From positions 1-32,231 of the forward strand of contig JAEHDN010000162.1 in NCBI GenBank assembly GCA_016880395.1: DNA of 32,231 nucleotides, in the 5' to 3' direction. Source of the DNA: Candidatus Eiseniibacteriota bacterium. GTDB lineage: Bacteria; Eisenbacteria; RBG-16-71-46; SZUA-252. Below, piece by piece: positions 1 to 8,545 of this stretch. The notes under the pieces are model-generated. The model searched no databases. It was given only the letters and a program-made list of their open reading frames with translations, and was not told the DNA's origin. Position 1 is the stretch's first letter, and every line of letters begins with the position of its first letter. The position numbers were made by a program, and so were the translations under genes.

Positions 1-1
1 C

Positions 2-610
2 CGGCTCGCGAGCGGCGAGACGGCCTCGGCCGACGCGGTCGTGGTCGCCACTCCGCCGCGCGCGGCGGCCGCGCTCCTCCGCGGTCTGGAGCCCGAGATC
101 GCGCGCCCGCTCGCCGCCCTCCCCTGCGCGGGGCTCGCGGTCGTGGGCCTCGGCTTCCGCCCCGAGTCGTTCCGCACGCCCCCCGACGGCTATGGATTTC
201 TCGTCGCGCCCGGCGACGAGCCAGGCGTGCTCGGCGCGCTCTGCGAGACGAACCTCTGGCCGGAGCGCGCGCCGGAGGGCCGCATTCTCATCCGCGCGAT
301 GGTCGGAGGGGTCGGCGCCGAGGCGGTCGTGACGCGGAGCGACGCGGAGCTCGTGGGGCTCGCGATGAAGGCGCTGGATCGCGCATGGGGGCTGGCCTGC
401 GGACCCGAGCGGTCGTGGGTCATCCGCCAGACGGACGCCATTCCGCAGTATCCCGTCGGCCACCGGCACACGCTGGGGACGATCGCCGGCCGGCTCGACC
501 TCTGGCCGGGACTCCATCTCGCGGGGAGCGCGTACCGCGGCGTCTCGGTGGCGGCGCTCGTGGAGGACGCGGAGCGGGTGGCGGCGCGCGTGGTGGAGCG
601 CGCGGCCTAG
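2..610 (+). CDS. hemY: Protoporphyrinogen/coproporphyrinogen III oxidase (HemY family), C-terminal fragment; 5' end lies outside the window
   Basis: Frame 2 is open from the window edge, with no stop before the first start codon at 41. The translation carries HemY-like C-terminal blocks (GYGFLVAP, AIPQYPVGH, LAGSAYRGVSV). Stop is TAG at 608-610. Confidence 0.72.
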   Translation, partial: RLASGETASADAVVVATPPRAAAALLRGLEPEIARPLAALPCAGLAVVGLGFRPESFRTPPDGYGFLVAPGDEPGVLGALCETNLWPERAPEGRILIRAMVGGVGAEAVVTRSDAELVGLAMKALDRAWGLACGPERSWVIRQTDAIPQYPVGHRHTLGTIAGRLDLWPGLHLAGSAYRGVSVAALVEDAERVAARVVERAA

Positions 611-852
611 GGCTCGCGCGGCCCGGGCGCGTCGCCGTCCGGCGGGTCGAGCGACTCGCGGTCCTGGCGGCGCAGCCAGAGGACGAAGCCCCCCAGCGAC
701 GCGAACGGAAGCACGACGAGCACGGCCGTCGCCGCCATGTAGCCGGCGCCCCCCTCCTTCGCCCTCGCCCCGCACGACGGGCACGCGGTTGCCTTCCCCG
801 CTCCGGTCGAGAGCGCGATCACGACCCCCGCGGCCAGCGCGAGGCTCCTCAC
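607..852 (-). CDS. Small (81 aa) two-TM membrane protein with a CPSC motif, last gene of the oxidase operon
   Basis: Hidden inside track ORF 607..1299. The GTG at 852 overlaps the TGA of the upstream gene (GTGA). Codon position 3 is almost all G/C in this frame. Two hydrophobic helices (LALAAGVVIALS and AATAVLVVLPFASLGGFVLWL) flank C-P-S-C. An alternative ATG at 738 would give a 43-aa single-TM product. Confidence 0.45.
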   Translation of the reverse strand: MRSLALAAGVVIALSTGAGKATACPSCGARAKEGGAGYMAATAVLVVLPFASLGGFVLWLRRQDRESLDPPDGDAPGPREP

Positions 853-1463
853 CGGCCGCCCCACGGCTGGTAGAGGAGCACGTAGAGAATCGGCCACACG
901 GCGACCACGAAGATCCAGAAGAGCGCGCAGACGACGACTGACTCCCGGCGGGCGGGGGTGATGCCGCCGCGATCGGCCCGCCGCCACGTCACCGCGAGCG
1001 CGATGAGCGCGGCCACGACGTGCGTGCCATGAATTCCAACCACCGCGTAGAAGGTCGCGCCGTAGACGCCCGACCGCGTGGTGAGCCCGTAGCCGAGGAG
1101 CCTGGCCCACTCGATTCCCTGACCGAGCAGGAACGCGAGGCCGAGCCCTCCGGTCGCGGCGAGCCAGGTCGCGGTGTTCCCGCCGACCTTCCGCGAGGCG
1201 GCCACGGCGCGAAGCATCGTGACGCCGCTCAGGATGAGGAAAAGCGTGTTCACCCCGGTCGCCGCCACGGGAAGGCGAGGCTGCCCCGGGGGCGGCCACA
1301 CCGGCGCTCGACCCTGCAGGACGAGGAAGGCGCTCACCAGTCCCGCGAAGAGCATCGCTTCCGTGAAGAGGAAGAGAACCATCCCCACACGGCCGGCCGT
1401 CACGGCCGGACGGCGCTCCACGGGCCGCGGCGTCGGAACGGTCACGCTAGCCGCCGTAGACAT
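849..1463 (-). CDS. Heme-copper oxidase subunit III family protein (second paralog)
   Basis: 204-aa polytopic membrane protein with subunit-III-like blocks (FLFTEAMLFAGL, GATFYAVVGIHGTHV, ALFWIFVVAVWPILY). ATG at 1463 overlaps the end of the subunit IV gene. A GTG at 1445 is an alternative start. Confidence 0.8.
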   Translation of the reverse strand: MSTAASVTVPTPRPVERRPAVTAGRVGMVLFLFTEAMLFAGLVSAFLVLQGRAPVWPPPGQPRLPVAATGVNTLFLILSGVTMLRAVAASRKVGGNTATWLAATGGLGLAFLLGQGIEWARLLGYGLTTRSGVYGATFYAVVGIHGTHVVAALIALAVTWRRADRGGITPARRESVVVCALFWIFVVAVWPILYVLLYQPWGGR

Positions 1464-1767
1464 GGACGATGTCCAGGAGGAGCCCGGAGAAGAGGATGAA
1501 GAGGCAGGCCAGTGCCGCGAGAATCACGACGATGACGTAGCGAGGCTCGAACCGGAGGTGCATGTAGTACATCGCGACGATCGCCGCCTTCGCGATCGCG
1601 ATCGCGAAGATGAGCGCGGCCGCGAGCCGGGTGTGCTCGAACACGGCCAGGAGCAGGGACACCGCCAGTGCTCCGACCAGGATGAACCAGAGCGTGACGT
1701 ACGGTATCCGGTGGGCCGGCCCCGCGGGGACGGACGTGGCGGGCGCGGCGGTCATGGGAGCGCTCAT
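1447..1767 (-). CDS. Cytochrome c oxidase subunit IV (prokaryotic COX4 family)
   Basis: 106 aa with three TM helices. The KAAIVAMYYMHLRFE block is typical of bacterial subunit IV. ATG at 1767 overlaps the upstream stop (ATGA). Confidence 0.8.
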   Translation of the reverse strand: MSAPMTAAPATSVPAGPAHRIPYVTLWFILVGALAVSLLLAVFEHTRLAAALIFAIAIAKAAIVAMYYMHLRFEPRYVIVVILAALACLFILFSGLLLDIVHVYGG

Positions 1768-2387
1768 CCCCGGGAGGCCAGATAGAGGAGCGGGAACAGG
1801 AAGATCCAGACCACGTCGACGAAGTGCCAGTAGATCCCGACGTACTCCACGCGATGCGGGTTCTCGCCCCGCTGGACCGCGCGGCGGACCGCGAGGATCG
1901 CGACCAGGCCTCCGAGGACGTGCAGCGCGTGGAGCCCGGTCATCGCGAAATAGAAGGACCAGAAGAGCCCAGCCACGGGCGTGAAGCCCTGGACGATCTC
2001 GTGGGTGTACTCGAACGCCTTGATCACGAGGAAGACGCCCCCCGCGAACACGCTCTGGAGCATCGCCTGCGACGCCAGCCGCAGGTTGCCTCGCTCCACC
2101 GATTCGTGCGCGAGCACCATCGTGAGGCTGCTCGTGAGAAGCACGAGCGTGTTGACCGCCCCGGCCACCGTCATCGTGTGCGCGGCGAGCTTGCCCCACT
2201 CGGGATGGCGCAGACGGAAGAGCACGTAGATGGTGACGAGCCCGCCGAAGATGACCACTTCGGACGCGAGGAACCACCAGATGCCGAGCCGCCCGGTGGG
2301 CACCGAGGTCGCGGCCCGCGGAGCGGCGTAAGGCGCGGGCGACGAGGCCGGGACCGCAGGGCGGCCCGGCGAGGTGGGCGTACTCAT
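1764..2387 (-). CDS. ctaE: Cytochrome c oxidase subunit III
   Basis: 207 aa with subunit III motifs (GIWWFLASEVVIFGGL, FWSFYFAMTGLHALHVLGG, YWHFVDVVWIFLFPLLY). ATG at 2387 overlaps the subunit I stop (ATGA). The track ORF 1764..3209 is an artefactual N-terminal extension. Confidence 0.9.
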   Translation of the reverse strand: MSTPTSPGRPAVPASSPAPYAAPRAATSVPTGRLGIWWFLASEVVIFGGLVTIYVLFRLRHPEWGKLAAHTMTVAGAVNTLVLLTSSLTMVLAHESVERGNLRLASQAMLQSVFAGGVFLVIKAFEYTHEIVQGFTPVAGLFWSFYFAMTGLHALHVLGGLVAILAVRRAVQRGENPHRVEYVGIYWHFVDVVWIFLFPLLYLASRG

Positions 2388-4078
2388 CCGGCCTTCCTCG
2401 AGAGCGCCCCCTCCGGCGCCACGTGCTGCGGATACCAGTCGTTGTCCCGGCCCGGCGCGCTGTACTCGTAGGGCCAGCGGTAGACGGACGGGATCTCGTC
2501 GAAGTTGCCATGCTGCGGCGGCGACGGGGCCAGCCATTCGAGCGTGTTCGCGCGCCACGGATTCGCGCCGGCCACGCGCCCTCGCTTCATGCTGCCGAAG
2601 AAGTTGATGAGCAGCGGCACCTGCGAGAAGAGGAGTCCGGCCGTGCCGATCGTGGCGAGGATCTGCATCCCGCCCATGTTGCCGAGCGCGACGAACTGGC
2701 TCGGGTCGTACACGCGCCGCGGGTAGCCGCGCAAGCCCATCACGAACATCGGCAGGAACGTCACGTTCACGAAGAGGAAGGTGCCGAGGAAGTGCAGCCG
2801 GCCCAGGGTCTCGTTCATCATCCGGCCGAACATCTTTGGGTACCAGTAGTAGATCCCCGCGAAGAACGAGAAGAAGACCGGCGGGATCAGCGCGTAGTGG
2901 AAGTGGGCGACAACGAAGTAGGTGTCGTGGATGTAGATGTCGGCCGCCGCGGAGCCGTTCAGGATGCCGGTGACGCCGCCGATCAGGAATACAGCCATCA
3001 TGCCGAGCGCGAAGAGCATCGGCGTCTTGAACTCGATGGAGCCGCGGTAGAGCGTGGCCATGAAGCAGAAGAGAGTCACCGCCACGGGCACCGAGATGAG
3101 GATCGTTGTGAGGCTGAACGGCGCCGCGAGCCGAGGGTCGATGCCGCTCACGAACTGGTGGTGCGCCCATACGACGAAGCTCAGGAGCCCGGTCACCACC
3201 GTTGACCACACGATCATGCGGTAGCCGAAGATCGGCTTCCGCGAGAACACGGGCAGGATCTCCGCGACGATGCCGAGCCCGGGCAGGAGTAGCACGTACA
3301 CCTCCGGGTGGCCGAAGAACCAGAAGAGGTGCTGGAAGAGGAGCGGATCCCCGCCCGCCGCAGGGTTATAGAAGCCAGTTCCCGCCGTCCGGTCGAGGAG
3401 GAGCATCACCGCGCCCGCGACCAGCGGGCCCACCGAGAAGAGGAAGATGATCGAGGCCGCGATCTGCATCCAGACGACCAGCGGCAGGTCGCGCATGCGC
3501 ATGCCGGGCGCGCGCAGGTTGATCGCCGTGGTGATGTAGTTGATGCCCCCCATGAGGAAGGCGACCAGCTCCAGCGCGACCGCCAGGATCCAGAGGTGCA
3601 CGCCCCAGGTATTCCCCGAGTAGGCGGGAATGGCCGACAGGGGCGGATAGGCCGTCCAGCCGACCGGCGACGGCCCGCCCGGCACGAGAAACGAGGAGAC
3701 GAGGACCACGGTCGAGAGGAAGAATGTCCAGTACGAGAGCATGTTGAGCCGCGGGAACGCCATGTCCCGCGTTCCCACCATCAGCGGGATCAGGAAGTTT
3801 CCGAACGCGCCGAGCAGGAGCGGCATGGCGACCCAGAAGATCATCACCGTGCCGTGCATGGTCACCGTTGCGTTGTACTTGATTCCCTGCACGACGCCGA
3901 GGCCAGGCACCGGATGACCGGGATTGGAGAGCTGCAGGCGCATGATCTGCGCGAGAATTCCGCCCAGGAACGCCATCGCGATACCGGTGAAGAGGTACTG
4001 CTTCGCGATGACCTTGTGATCGGTCGAGAAGATCCGGCTCCAGAGGCCCGCGGCCTCGGCGTGTCCGTCGTGGCTCAT
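2384..4078 (-). CDS. ctaD: Cytochrome c oxidase subunit I (A-family heme-copper oxidase)
   Basis: 564 aa. Starts MSHDGHAEAAGLWSRIFSTDHKVIAKQYL. Carries GHPEVYVLLLPGLG (His-Tyr site), WAHHQF and HFHYAL ligand motifs. ATG at 4078 overlaps the subunit II stop (ATGA). Confidence 0.95.
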   Translation of the reverse strand: MSHDGHAEAAGLWSRIFSTDHKVIAKQYLFTGIAMAFLGGILAQIMRLQLSNPGHPVPGLGVVQGIKYNATVTMHGTVMIFWVAMPLLLGAFGNFLIPLMVGTRDMAFPRLNMLSYWTFFLSTVVLVSSFLVPGGPSPVGWTAYPPLSAIPAYSGNTWGVHLWILAVALELVAFLMGGINYITTAINLRAPGMRMRDLPLVVWMQIAASIIFLFSVGPLVAGAVMLLLDRTAGTGFYNPAAGGDPLLFQHLFWFFGHPEVYVLLLPGLGIVAEILPVFSRKPIFGYRMIVWSTVVTGLLSFVVWAHHQFVSGIDPRLAAPFSLTTILISVPVAVTLFCFMATLYRGSIEFKTPMLFALGMMAVFLIGGVTGILNGSAAADIYIHDTYFVVAHFHYALIPPVFFSFFAGIYYWYPKMFGRMMNETLGRLHFLGTFLFVNVTFLPMFVMGLRGYPRRVYDPSQFVALGNMGGMQILATIGTAGLLFSQVPLLINFFGSMKRGRVAGANPWRANTLEWLAPSPPQHGNFDEIPSVYRWPYEYSAPGRDNDWYPQHVAPEGALSRKAG

Positions 4079-4845
4079 CGGGCGATGGCTCCCTTCGTCG
4101 CGGGGGTGGATGCCGGCGCGGCCGGCGAGGTCGAGGCAGCGGAGGTGGTCGCGGGCGAGGCGGCGCCGGCGGCGGGCGGCGGCGAGGCTTCCGCGGCGAC
4201 CCAGCCTCGATAGACGTCGGGCTCGTCCACCGTGAGCGTCCCGCGCATCATTCCGTGCGCGGCACCGCACAGCTCGGCGCAGAGAACGCCGTACGATCCA
4301 GTCCGCGTGGCCTCGAACCATCCGTAGATCGTTCGGCCCGGCACCGCATCCTGCTTCAGCCGGAGCTCGGGAATCCAGAGCGAGTGGAGCGTGTCGCTCG
4401 ATCTGAGCGCGAAGCGAACCACGGCGTTCACCGGAACGTGGATCTCGTTCATCTTCACGACGTCGTCCGGCGTGTCGAGCCGCCCGTCCGGTCCGGGATG
4501 GACGAAGATCCAGGCCCACTGCCGCCCCTCGATGCGGATCTCGAGCTCCGGCTTGGGCTGGGTCTGCTTCATCTTCTCCCAGACGTGGGCGCTCGCCCCG
4601 TCGATGATCAGGTCGCAGGCCAGGATCGCCACGCAGGGGACGAGGATCCACGCGACTTGGCGCCGCCTGTCCCCCGTGACGTAGGCCGCCGGGTGGCCAG
4701 GGCGCCTCCGGTACCGGACGATGAGAAAGACGAGAACCGCTTCGGCGAGGATGAACCAGACGCCCACGATGGCGGTGATCAGCCAGATCAGCCCATCGAT
4801 GTCGTGCGCGTAGGTTGATGCGGCTCTTGGAAGCCAATCGAACAT
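4075..4845 (-). CDS. ctaC: Cytochrome c oxidase subunit II (CuA subunit, no fused cytochrome c domain)
   Basis: Two N-terminal TM helices. CuA ligands HSLWIPEL and CAELCGAAHGMM. The C-terminal ~45 aa form an Ala/Pro/Ser/Thr-rich low-complexity tail. Confidence 0.9.
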   Translation of the reverse strand: MFDWLPRAASTYAHDIDGLIWLITAIVGVWFILAEAVLVFLIVRYRRRPGHPAAYVTGDRRRQVAWILVPCVAILACDLIIDGASAHVWEKMKQTQPKPELEIRIEGRQWAWIFVHPGPDGRLDTPDDVVKMNEIHVPVNAVVRFALRSSDTLHSLWIPELRLKQDAVPGRTIYGWFEATRTGSYGVLCAELCGAAHGMMRGTLTVDEPDVYRGWVAAEASPPPAAGAASPATTSAASTSPAAPASTPATKGAIAR

Positions 4846-5002
4846 GGGCGCACTCCGTGCCTGTTGCGGGCCGGGTGGCGGAGTGCCGCCCGATCACGAC
4901 GCGCGGGCAGTCTCCCAAATGTGGAGCGGCCTTAACAATTCGACGCGAGGGGTAGGGGCAGGTAGACCTGAGGAGTACGGAAACGTCCCGCGGGCCGCGG
5001 GG

Positions 5003-5368
5003 CTAGGCTTCCCCGCCGTACTCGCAGCGCGCGGTGCAGGTCTCCTCGACCGCCACACAAGCGAGCGACGGGAGCAAGGGCTTCAGCCGCTCCCAGATCC
5101 ACGCGCACAGGACCTCCGACGTGGCGTTCTCGAGACCTTCGATCTCGTTCAGGTAGTGGTGATCGAGCCGGCTCCGGACGGGATCGGCGGCGTCCCGGAT
5201 CACTCCGTAGTCGAGGAACCATCCGGTCGTGGGATCGACCGGGCCCTCCACGGTGACCAGGACGCGGAAGGAGTGGCCGTGGAGGCGGCGGCACTTGTGC
5301 CCCTCGGGCGCGTGCGGGAGCCGATGGGCAGCCTCGAAGGTGAAGGCGTGCGTGAGCCGCACGTTCAT
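5003..5368 (-). CDS. queD: 6-carboxy-5,6,7,8-tetrahydropterin synthase
   Basis: 121 aa. Contains [10 protein letters not shown] and the CRRLHGHSF (C-x3-H-G-H) zinc/catalytic motif typical of QueD/PTPS. Confidence 0.9.
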   Translation of the reverse strand: MNVRLTHAFTFEAAHRLPHAPEGHKCRRLHGHSFRVLVTVEGPVDPTTGWFLDYGVIRDAADPVRSRLDHHYLNEIEGLENATSEVLCAWIWERLKPLLPSLACVAVEETCTARCEYGGEA

Positions 5369-5408
5369 GGGAGCTGCTTCATGGGAGCCCCTTCACCGGA
5401 GCATGCCA

Positions 5409-6122
5409 TCAATGGAGACCCATCGACTTGTGCGTCTGCGGAATGAGCCGCGCGTCGGGATAGCGGGCCCAGGGCCAGGCCTCGAACACCGCGCCGGCGC
5501 TCCCAGCGCCGTGCTCCGGCTGGAGTACGATCGGTCCGCGATAGCCGAGCGCGTCCAGGATGCCCACCGCATCCTCGATGTCTCCTCCGTCCTGGATCAC
5601 GAACTTGAGCTGGCGCCGCTCCTCGGGCAGCGCGAGGAGCCGCCGCAGCGCGGGCACTTGCGCTTCGACCGGATCGCCGTCGAACGTCCGGGCGCTCCGG
5701 CCCTTGGGCGCGATCGTCCAGAAGTCGATCCGCTCGAGCGCCTCCTCGACGAGCCTCGCCCCGCTCGTCTCGACCGAGATCCAGTACCCGGCGGCGCGAA
5801 GGCCGTCGAGGAGCCGCACCAGCGCGTCCTTGTGGACGATCATCGGCTCGCCCCCGGTCAGGCAGACGCGCCGCACGGCCGGAAAGGCGAGGATCCGGTC
5901 CTTCACCTCCTCCACGGAGAGCGAGGTGAACCGCCCCACACCGGTGTGCGCCAGGGCCTCCGGCTGGTCGCACCAGACGCAGCGGAGCGGGCAGCCGTAG
6001 AATCGGACGAACACGGTGCGCTCCCCGGCGTGGATTCCCTCACCCTGGACGGACAGGAAGATCTCGTGGATTCGCAATGGGGGCGCGGCGGACACGGCGA
6101 TCAGTGTACCCCACCCGGCCAT
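5409..6122 (-). CDS. queE: 7-carboxy-7-deazaguanine synthase (radical SAM)
   Basis: IHEIFLSVQGEG followed by the CPLRCVWC (C-x3-C-x2-C) cluster motif, plus LTGGEP. I chose the ATG at 6122 (237 aa). The track start at 6275 adds a Pro/Arg-rich extension that overlaps the divergent gene. Confidence 0.85.
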   Translation of the reverse strand: MAGWGTLIAVSAAPPLRIHEIFLSVQGEGIHAGERTVFVRFYGCPLRCVWCDQPEALAHTGVGRFTSLSVEEVKDRILAFPAVRRVCLTGGEPMIVHKDALVRLLDGLRAAGYWISVETSGARLVEEALERIDFWTIAPKGRSARTFDGDPVEAQVPALRRLLALPEERRQLKFVIQDGGDIEDAVGILDALGYRGPIVLQPEHGAGSAGAVFEAWPWARYPDARLIPQTHKSMGLH

Positions 6123-6237
6123 TCGCCGGGGCGGACGCGGAGGAGGACGCTCGCCGGGGGGGACGGGCGTTGGTTGACCCCGCCGGGGGCTCCCCTTATG
6201 ATCGGATTCCAGCGCCCAGGGGAGCCCCGGCGCCTGG

Positions 6238-6921
6238 ATGGACCGAACGACCAAGGGACGCATGAAGAAGTCCAATTACGGCCACCTGCCGATCAATCAT
6301 AGCCCCGAGCCGATCCGGCTCTTCCGCTCCGACTTCCTCGAGTTCTTCACGCACATCCACCCGGTGGTCGTGCTGCTCCTCTTCGTGCCGGTCGTGGTGG
6401 CGTTCCTCGTGCGTGGGGTGCGGGACTGGAGCCCGACCGGCTCCCTGGCTCCGGTCGTGGCCGGATACGCGGGGGGGCTCCTCCTCTGGAGCCTCGCGGA
6501 GTACCTGCTCCACCGGTACGTGTTCCACTTCGAGCCCGAGGCGCCGTGGCTCCAGCGGGTCTGGTACCTGATCCACGGCGTGCACCACGAGCAGCCGCAG
6601 TGCAAGACGCGCCTCGTGATGCCCCCGATCCTGAGCATCCCGCTCGCGCTCCTCCACTACACGGCCTTCTACCTCATGATCGGGATCCTGCTCGGCGCGC
6701 CGCGCTGGGTGGCGCCCATCTTCTCCGGGTTCATCACGGGCTACCTGATCTACGACATGGTCCACTACGCGACCCACCACCTCGCGATGAAGTGGGGATT
6801 CCTGAAGTTCCTCAAGCGCTACCACCTGCTCCACCACTACAAGACCCCCGACGACCGGTACGGCATCAGCTCGCCGATCTGGGACGTGGTGTTCGGCACG
6901 CGTCCACCCAAGGACACCTGA
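6238..6921 (+). CDS. Fatty acid hydroxylase superfamily protein (FA2H/Scs7-like di-iron membrane hydroxylase)
   Basis: Histidine boxes HRYVFH, HGVHH, HYATHH and HLLHH, with four hydrophobic segments. The ATG at 6262 (MKKSNYG...), preceded by AAGGGA, may be the true start. Confidence 0.8.
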   Translation: MDRTTKGRMKKSNYGHLPINHSPEPIRLFRSDFLEFFTHIHPVVVLLLFVPVVVAFLVRGVRDWSPTGSLAPVVAGYAGGLLLWSLAEYLLHRYVFHFEPEAPWLQRVWYLIHGVHHEQPQCKTRLVMPPILSIPLALLHYTAFYLMIGILLGAPRWVAPIFSGFITGYLIYDMVHYATHHLAMKWGFLKFLKRYHLLHHYKTPDDRYGISSPIWDVVFGTRPPKDT

Positions 6922-6951
6922 GGCCCGCGCCGGACCCCCGGCCTCTGGCTC

Positions 6952-7725
6952 ATGATCCGCACGGTGATCGAGCGCCTTCGACGGACGCTCGTGACGGTCC
7001 AGGAGTTCACGCTCTTCACGGTCGCCCTCATCCGGACCGCGTTCATTCCTCCCTTCTACGGCCGCGAGATGATGCACCAGCTCTACTTCGCGGGGATCGG
7101 ATCGCTCCTGATCGTGGTCGTGTCCGGGACGGTGGCGGGGCAGGCGCTGGCGCTCCAGCTCGCCCGCGAGCTGGCGCAGTCGGGCGCGAAGAGTCAGCTC
7201 GGGCACTTCATGGTGATCTCGGTGGTCCGCGCGCTGGGACCGGTGCTGGTCGGCATGGTCGTCGCGTCCCGCATGGCCGCCGGGATCACGGCGGAGATCG
7301 GGGCCATGCGCTCGAGCGATCAGATCGACGCGCTCGTGGCGTTCGGGACCGACCCGATGAAGCGGCTGGTGGTCCCCCGCATGGTGGCGCTCGTGATCGC
7401 GCTCCCCGCGCTCGTGATCATCGGTGACACGCTCGCCGTCGCGGGAGGCGGGCTGGTCGGAATGCAGTACCATATCACCTGGGAGTCGTACGCGGCCGGT
7501 GTGCTGCGCTACCTCACGCCGCGCAATCTGCTCGTCGGCATGATCAAGCCGTTCCTGTTCGCGATCATGATCGCGGCCGTCGCCTGCTGGAAGGGCTTCA
7601 CGTCGGAGGGGGGCGCGAAGGGGGTCGGCGTGTCGACCACCGAGTCGGTGGTCATCTGCTCGGTCGGGATCCTGGTGCTGGACGGCATCCTGACCCGGCT
7701 CATCTTCCGGATGCTCCACTGGTGA
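6952..7725 (+). CDS. mlaE: MlaE-family lipid ABC transporter permease
   Basis: 257 aa. Conserved MlaE core RALGPVLVGMVVASRMAAGITAEIGAMRSSDQIDALVAFGTDPMKRLVVPR. Starts 30 nt after the hydroxylase gene. Confidence 0.9.
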   Translation: MIRTVIERLRRTLVTVQEFTLFTVALIRTAFIPPFYGREMMHQLYFAGIGSLLIVVVSGTVAGQALALQLARELAQSGAKSQLGHFMVISVVRALGPVLVGMVVASRMAAGITAEIGAMRSSDQIDALVAFGTDPMKRLVVPRMVALVIALPALVIIGDTLAVAGGGLVGMQYHITWESYAAGVLRYLTPRNLLVGMIKPFLFAIMIAAVACWKGFTSEGGAKGVGVSTTESVVICSVGILVLDGILTRLIFRMLHW

Positions 7726-7729
7726 CACC

Positions 7730-8545
7730 ATGATCGAATTTCGAGACGTGGATTACTCGATCGACGGGCGCCCGATCCTCACAGGCGTGTCCCTGTACGT
7801 GAATCCGGGCGAGACCCGCGTCATCCTGGGACCTTCCGGCTCGGGAAAGAGCACGACGCTCCGCCTCCTGATCGGGCTGGTGCACCCGGACCGGGGTCGT
7901 ATCTTCATCGAGAGAGAGGACGTCACCCAGATCTCCGAGGAACGTTATCGTCAGATCCGCCAGCGCATCGGGATGGTGTTCCAGCAGGGCGCCCTCTTCG
8001 ACTCGATGACCGTCGGAGAGAACGTCGGCTACGCCCTCCTCGAGCAGAACCTCGACGAGGACGAGGTGGACGCGCACGTGCGCGAGGCTCTCCGCCGGGT
8101 GGGTCTGGACGAGGGCCTGATCGACCGGATGCCCGACGAGATGTCGGGCGGCATGCAGCGGCGCGTCGCGATCGCGCGCGCACTCGCCTCACGCGATCCA
8201 AAGATCCTGCTCTACGACGAGCCAACCACCGGGCTCGATCCGCAGAGCTCCGAGCGCATCACGGACCTCATCGTCCATCTCCGCGACACGCTCGGGAAGA
8301 CCGCGATCCTGGTCACGCACGACATCGCCGATGCCTTCAAGGTGGGCAACGTCATCACCGTCCTGAACGAGGGGCGCGTGGTCTTCGACGGCCCGGCGGG
8401 CGATCTCGACCGGGCCAACAACGACTTCATCCACCAGTTTCTGGCGCCCTTCCGCAAGACGGTCGCGGCCGCCGCGCAACGTCTGCCGGCAGGAGTCGCT
8501 CCCCGACCCGCCCCGGCGCCACCCCTGCGGGGAGGAACGTCGTGA
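7730..8545 (+). CDS. mlaF: MlaF-type ABC transporter ATP-binding protein
   Basis: Walker A GPSGSGKST, signature MSGGMQRRVAIARAL, Walker B LLYDEPTTGLD. Confidence 0.9.
   Translation: MIEFRDVDYSIDGRPILTGVSLYVNPGETRVILGPSGSGKSTTLRLLIGLVHPDRGRIFIEREDVTQISEERYRQIRQRIGMVFQQGALFDSMTVGENVGYALLEQNLDEDEVDAHVREALRRVGLDEGLIDRMPDEMSGGMQRRVAIARALASRDPKILLYDEPTTGLDPQSSERITDLIVHLRDTLGKTAILVTHDIADAFKVGNVITVLNEGRVVFDGPAGDLDRANNDFIHQFLAPFRKTVAAAAQRLPAGVAPRPAPAPPLRGGTS

Noticed and set aside
2384-4918. 844-aa ORF suggesting a giant fused oxidase subunit. Comparable long N-terminal extensions occur in ORFs 1764..3209, 1447..2511, 18944..20653, 20320..21225, 9509..12343, 15526..17475 and 17283..18524.
   Set aside because: The track takes the most upstream ATG, GTG or TTG. 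The extensions overlap the preceding genes out of frame and are low-complexity. Conserved N-termini, signal peptides and ATGA/GTGA junctions identify the internal starts I used.
4987-5001. Small hairpin CCCGCG-GGC-CGCGGG directly after the queD stop, considered as a terminator.
   Set aside because: It has only a 6-bp stem, a weak T-tract and a very common sequence type for this GC content. That is insufficient to call.
6123-6237. Possible preQ1 riboswitch or regulatory hairpin upstream of queE (inverted repeat CCGGGGGCTCCCC ... GGGGAGCCCCGG at 6183-6230).
   Set aside because: I could not see anything resembling the preQ1-I/II/III consensus. The hairpin lies in a GC-rich divergent promoter region and may belong to either gene's leader. 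It is noted here but not called as a feature.
6196-7731. 511-aa minus-strand ORF antisense to the hydroxylase and mlaE genes. The same applies to 8212..9807(-), 9743..11956(+), 15475..17295(+), 17373..19853(-), 28818..30122(+), 27790..28845(+), 24979..26118(+) and similar ORFs.
   Set aside because: In ~70% GC DNA, stop codons are rare on the strand opposite a real gene. These translations are Arg/Pro/Gly/Asp/His-rich low-complexity strings with no motifs. The opposite strand carries unambiguous conserved domains and G/C-dominated third codon positions.
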